Assembly: GCA_963842525.1 (NCBI GenBank)
Contig: CAWJGT010000009.1
Span: forward strand, 832,001 to 896,000
Direction: 5' to 3'
From: an uncultured Holophagales bacterium
GTDB taxonomy: Bacteria > Acidobacteriota > Thermoanaerobaculia > Multivoradales > UBA5704
DNA length: 64,000 nt
A program made the position numbers and the translations under genes. Below the pieces are notes generated by a model. It ran no database searches, was not told the origin of the DNA, and saw nothing but the letters and a program-made list of their open reading frames with translations. Positions 61,665 through 64,000 of the stretch are shown in pieces. Within the stretch, counting starts at the first letter, position 1. Every line of letters starts with the position of its first letter.

Positions 61665-62249
61665 TTATTGATCAGTGATCAGGAGCAGGTGTGCGCCGAT
61701 TTGTGCCAGATCGGCGATGAACTGGTCGGGATCGGGTTTGTCGATCCATCTAACGACAGCCCAATCGTCTCGCGTGACAGTGCAGAGAAGGCGTGCCAGA
61801 TCGGCCGGAAAGATGCCCGCCGCCTTGCTGCTGGCGCCCTCCAGGGCAGCCTCGATGGATAATCCCAGGTGACAGCAAAATCCCCAGATATCTGCCGGAT
61901 CTTTCGGTTCTTCCCGGTCGATGAGAGCCGTGATCTTGTTGGCCAGGATGTTCAAGCGGATCGACTCTTCTACGAGACTCAGGCGGACGAATCGCTCCTC
62001 CCGCTGCAAAACGTCGGTGCGCCATGTTTCGCCTTCCGAGAGCGCCGCGATGAAGCGCTCCGCCCAGAGCCGGAAGTCCTTCTGATCATTAACGAAGAGA
62101 TCCAGGTCGTCCGAAAACCGGTGGCGCAAATAGCCCCGCGAGGCGGCCGTCCCACCTGTCAGATAGAAGCCGGTCTCGAGACGGTCCAGTACTTGGAGAG
62201 CTCGATCCTGGAGGGGATAGAGCACATCGAAATAGAAGGAGCTATCCAC
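61665..62249 (-). CDS. AbiEii-family nucleotidyltransferase toxin (possibly internally shortened)
   Basis: FYLTGGTAASRGYLRHRFSDDLDLF, NKITAL..REEPKD. Confidence 0.82.
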   Translation of the reverse strand: MDSSFYFDVLYPLQDRALQVLDRLETGFYLTGGTAASRGYLRHRFSDDLDLFVNDQKDFRLWAERFIAALSEGETWRTDVLQREERFVRLSLVEESIRLNILANKITALIDREEPKDPADIWGFCCHLGLSIEAALEGASSKAAGIFPADLARLLCTVTRDDWAVVRWIDKPDPDQFIADLAQIGAHLLLITDQ

Positions 62250-62550
62250 GCCCGGCGCCCCGATCGCCCTCGGGCGACAGCAGCTCGGGATGCTTCTTCG
62301 GCAGCCAATCGGCGAGGAAATCGAATCCGCGCCTCCGGCCTTCGGAGCGGATGCGTGGACGCCACCGGGACCACCCCTGGACCAGGTCCGGGAAACCGAG
62401 GAGTCTAACGATCTCCGGGTAGGGGGCGTGCTCGAGGAGGCGAACCGCGGCCCAGTCTCGATCCAGGCGGCCCAGCCTCTTCCGGCCAGCCAGGATCTCC
62501 CGGAAGGTGCTCTCGTCGATGTCGTAGTCCCAGAGGTAAGCCGGTTTCAC
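62242..62550 (-). CDS. Small putative antitoxin partner of AbiEii
   Basis: YLWDYD..RLLEHAPY; overlaps the toxin start. Confidence 0.7.
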   Translation of the reverse strand: MKPAYLWDYDIDESTFREILAGRKRLGRLDRDWAAVRLLEHAPYPEIVRLLGFPDLVQGWSRWRPRIRSEGRRRGFDFLADWLPKKHPELLSPEGDRGAGRG

Positions 62551-62721
62551 GATTCAAGAGTCTCCTTGAAGAGACGGACAGCCGTCGCCTGCTGGCGGCC
62601 GGCAGCAAGAGTGTAGCGTGCCGGGCTGGCGCTCTGCTCCCGACTCTGGTAAACACAGACCCTCTCCGAGCCGTCCTGGCTCCGGAGCAGTAGGTGATCT
62701 GCAAAGTGGCAGCGGGAGAGC

Positions 62722-64000
62722 ATGAGGATGAGCGGCGAAGCGGGCTGGCAGCGGGTGGTCATCGAGGGGGTCGTGCCGGAGATCGACTGCGGCCAGTTCC
62801 CGATTCAGCGGGTGGTCGGCGAACGGGTGGTGGTGGAGGCGGATCTGTTCGCCGACGGCCACGACGTCATTGCTTGTCGTCTGCTGTACCGTGCGCCGGC
62901 CGCCGCGGAGTGGAGCGAGGTCGAGATGACGGCCCTCCGCAACGACCGCTGGCGCGCCGCCTTCACCGTCACCGAGGAGGGGCGCTGGCGCTATACGATC
63001 CTCGGCTGGATCGCCGACCGCCGATTCGCCACGCCGTACCGCGAGCTAGAGGTGGTGGTCGACCGCGTCCGGGCGCGGTTTTCCACCTGGTATGAGCTGC
63101 GGCACGGGGCCGAGGAGCGTCTGGAAGACATCGCCGGCCTGGGCTTTGATGTCCTCTGCCTGCCCCCGGACATAACCACAGACCTCCGCCGTTTCCGTGA
63201 GAAGGCCGCGGAGCACGGCCTGGAGATCGCCCTCGATCTCACGGACGAGGTCTCTCCCGACCACCAGCTCGCGAGCGCCGTCGGCTCCTGGGTAGAGCAG
63301 GGGGTGCGCATTTTTCGGGTGCAGGAGCCGCAGAACCGGCCGTTTCCCTTCTGGGAGCGGTTGATCCACGAGGTCAAGCGCGAGCACCCGGACGTGCTCT
63401 TCGCCGCCGCGGCGCACACCCGCCCGAAGGTCGTCATGCGGCTGGCCAAGCTCGGCTTCCATCAGCTCTGCACCGATTTCCCCTCGCGCATCACGCGCCG
63501 GGGGCTGATCGAGTCCATCACCGACCTGCGGCGGGCCGGGATGCGCGAGGTCTTCCGTCCCAATCTGCAAGTGAGCTTACCGGATCCCCAGGAGGCGCCG
63601 GCGGTGTTCGTGCAGCGGCTGATCCTGGCGGCCACCCTCGGTGCGAGCTACGGGCTCGACGGCTCGGAGGTCGAAGAGGGCCTGGGCGAGCTCATCGCCC
63701 GGGTCAACCGCATCCGCAACGAGAACCCGGCCCTCCAGAGCGATCGCGGCCTGCGCTTCCATGCGGCCGAGAACGACCAGATCCTCTGCTACAGCAAGAT
63801 GGACGAGCGGGGCGGCAACGTCCTCCTTGTGGTGGTCAACCTCGATCCGCAGAACGTCCAGTCCACCTGGGTGGAGCTGCCGGTCGAGGACCTCGGGGTG
63901 CCCGGCGAAGAGCCGTTCCAGGTCCACGACCTGCTGACCGGCGCGCGGTATCTCTGGCACGGATCGCGCAACTTCGTCCAGCTCGACCCGAAGTCGATCC
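62722..64000 (+). CDS. GlgE-like (maltosyltransferase) protein, shortened and catalytically degenerate; runs off the window
   Basis: Open frame to the edge: RVVIEGVVPEIDCG, ADGHD, RARFSTWYE, VVVNLDP; catalytic motifs altered. Confidence 0.85.
   Translation, partial: MRMSGEAGWQRVVIEGVVPEIDCGQFPIQRVVGERVVVEADLFADGHDVIACRLLYRAPAAAEWSEVEMTALRNDRWRAAFTVTEEGRWRYTILGWIADRRFATPYRELEVVVDRVRARFSTWYELRHGAEERLEDIAGLGFDVLCLPPDITTDLRRFREKAAEHGLEIALDLTDEVSPDHQLASAVGSWVEQGVRIFRVQEPQNRPFPFWERLIHEVKREHPDVLFAAAAHTRPKVVMRLAKLGFHQLCTDFPSRITRRGLIESITDLRRAGMREVFRPNLQVSLPDPQEAPAVFVQRLILAATLGASYGLDGSEVEEGLGELIARVNRIRNENPALQSDRGLRFHAAENDQILCYSKMDERGGNVLLVVVNLDPQNVQSTWVELPVEDLGVPGEEPFQVHDLLTGARYLWHGSRNFVQLDPKSI

Overview
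GC-rich bacterial chromosomal window. The gene and repeat content suggests Acidobacteriota, probably Thermoanaerobaculia (inference only). Ordinary content: an abm-type aromatic acyl-CoA degradation operon (7442-14035, minus), DsbA-like, epoxide hydrolase, ECF sigma/anti-sigma/PDZ, a CheA-like/CheY/CheX/MHYT cluster, OmpA, a two-component pair, GGT, DUF2235, an ABC transporter, PepD, four toxin-antitoxin-like pairs and a GlgE-like gene running off the right edge. A mobile-element nest at 21.8-30.8 kb holds two IS110 elements, a group II intron, a ~290-bp MITE/REP element, HUH-transposase remnants and an IS3 with a 3-bp target duplication. Best leads: (1) both IS110 3' non-coding regions contain stem-loops whose loop strands match their own reconstructed target sites (and donor site for one), i.e. 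readable bridge/seekRNA candidates aimed at REP-like repeats; (2) a secreted peptide with three NGGQLDPxG repeats upstream of a zinc-finger/TPR protein; (3) two adjacent genes sharing an amyloid-like INxGxxNSGxIxGN motif; (4) an ACT-ACT-TIR-like protein in a low-GC islet; (5) two non-CRISPR arrays of palindromic 19-21-bp units; (6) an intact but catalytically degenerate mini-GlgE. No rRNA, tRNA or CRISPR array was seen. All calls are by eye; several single-base frameshifts could be assembly errors.
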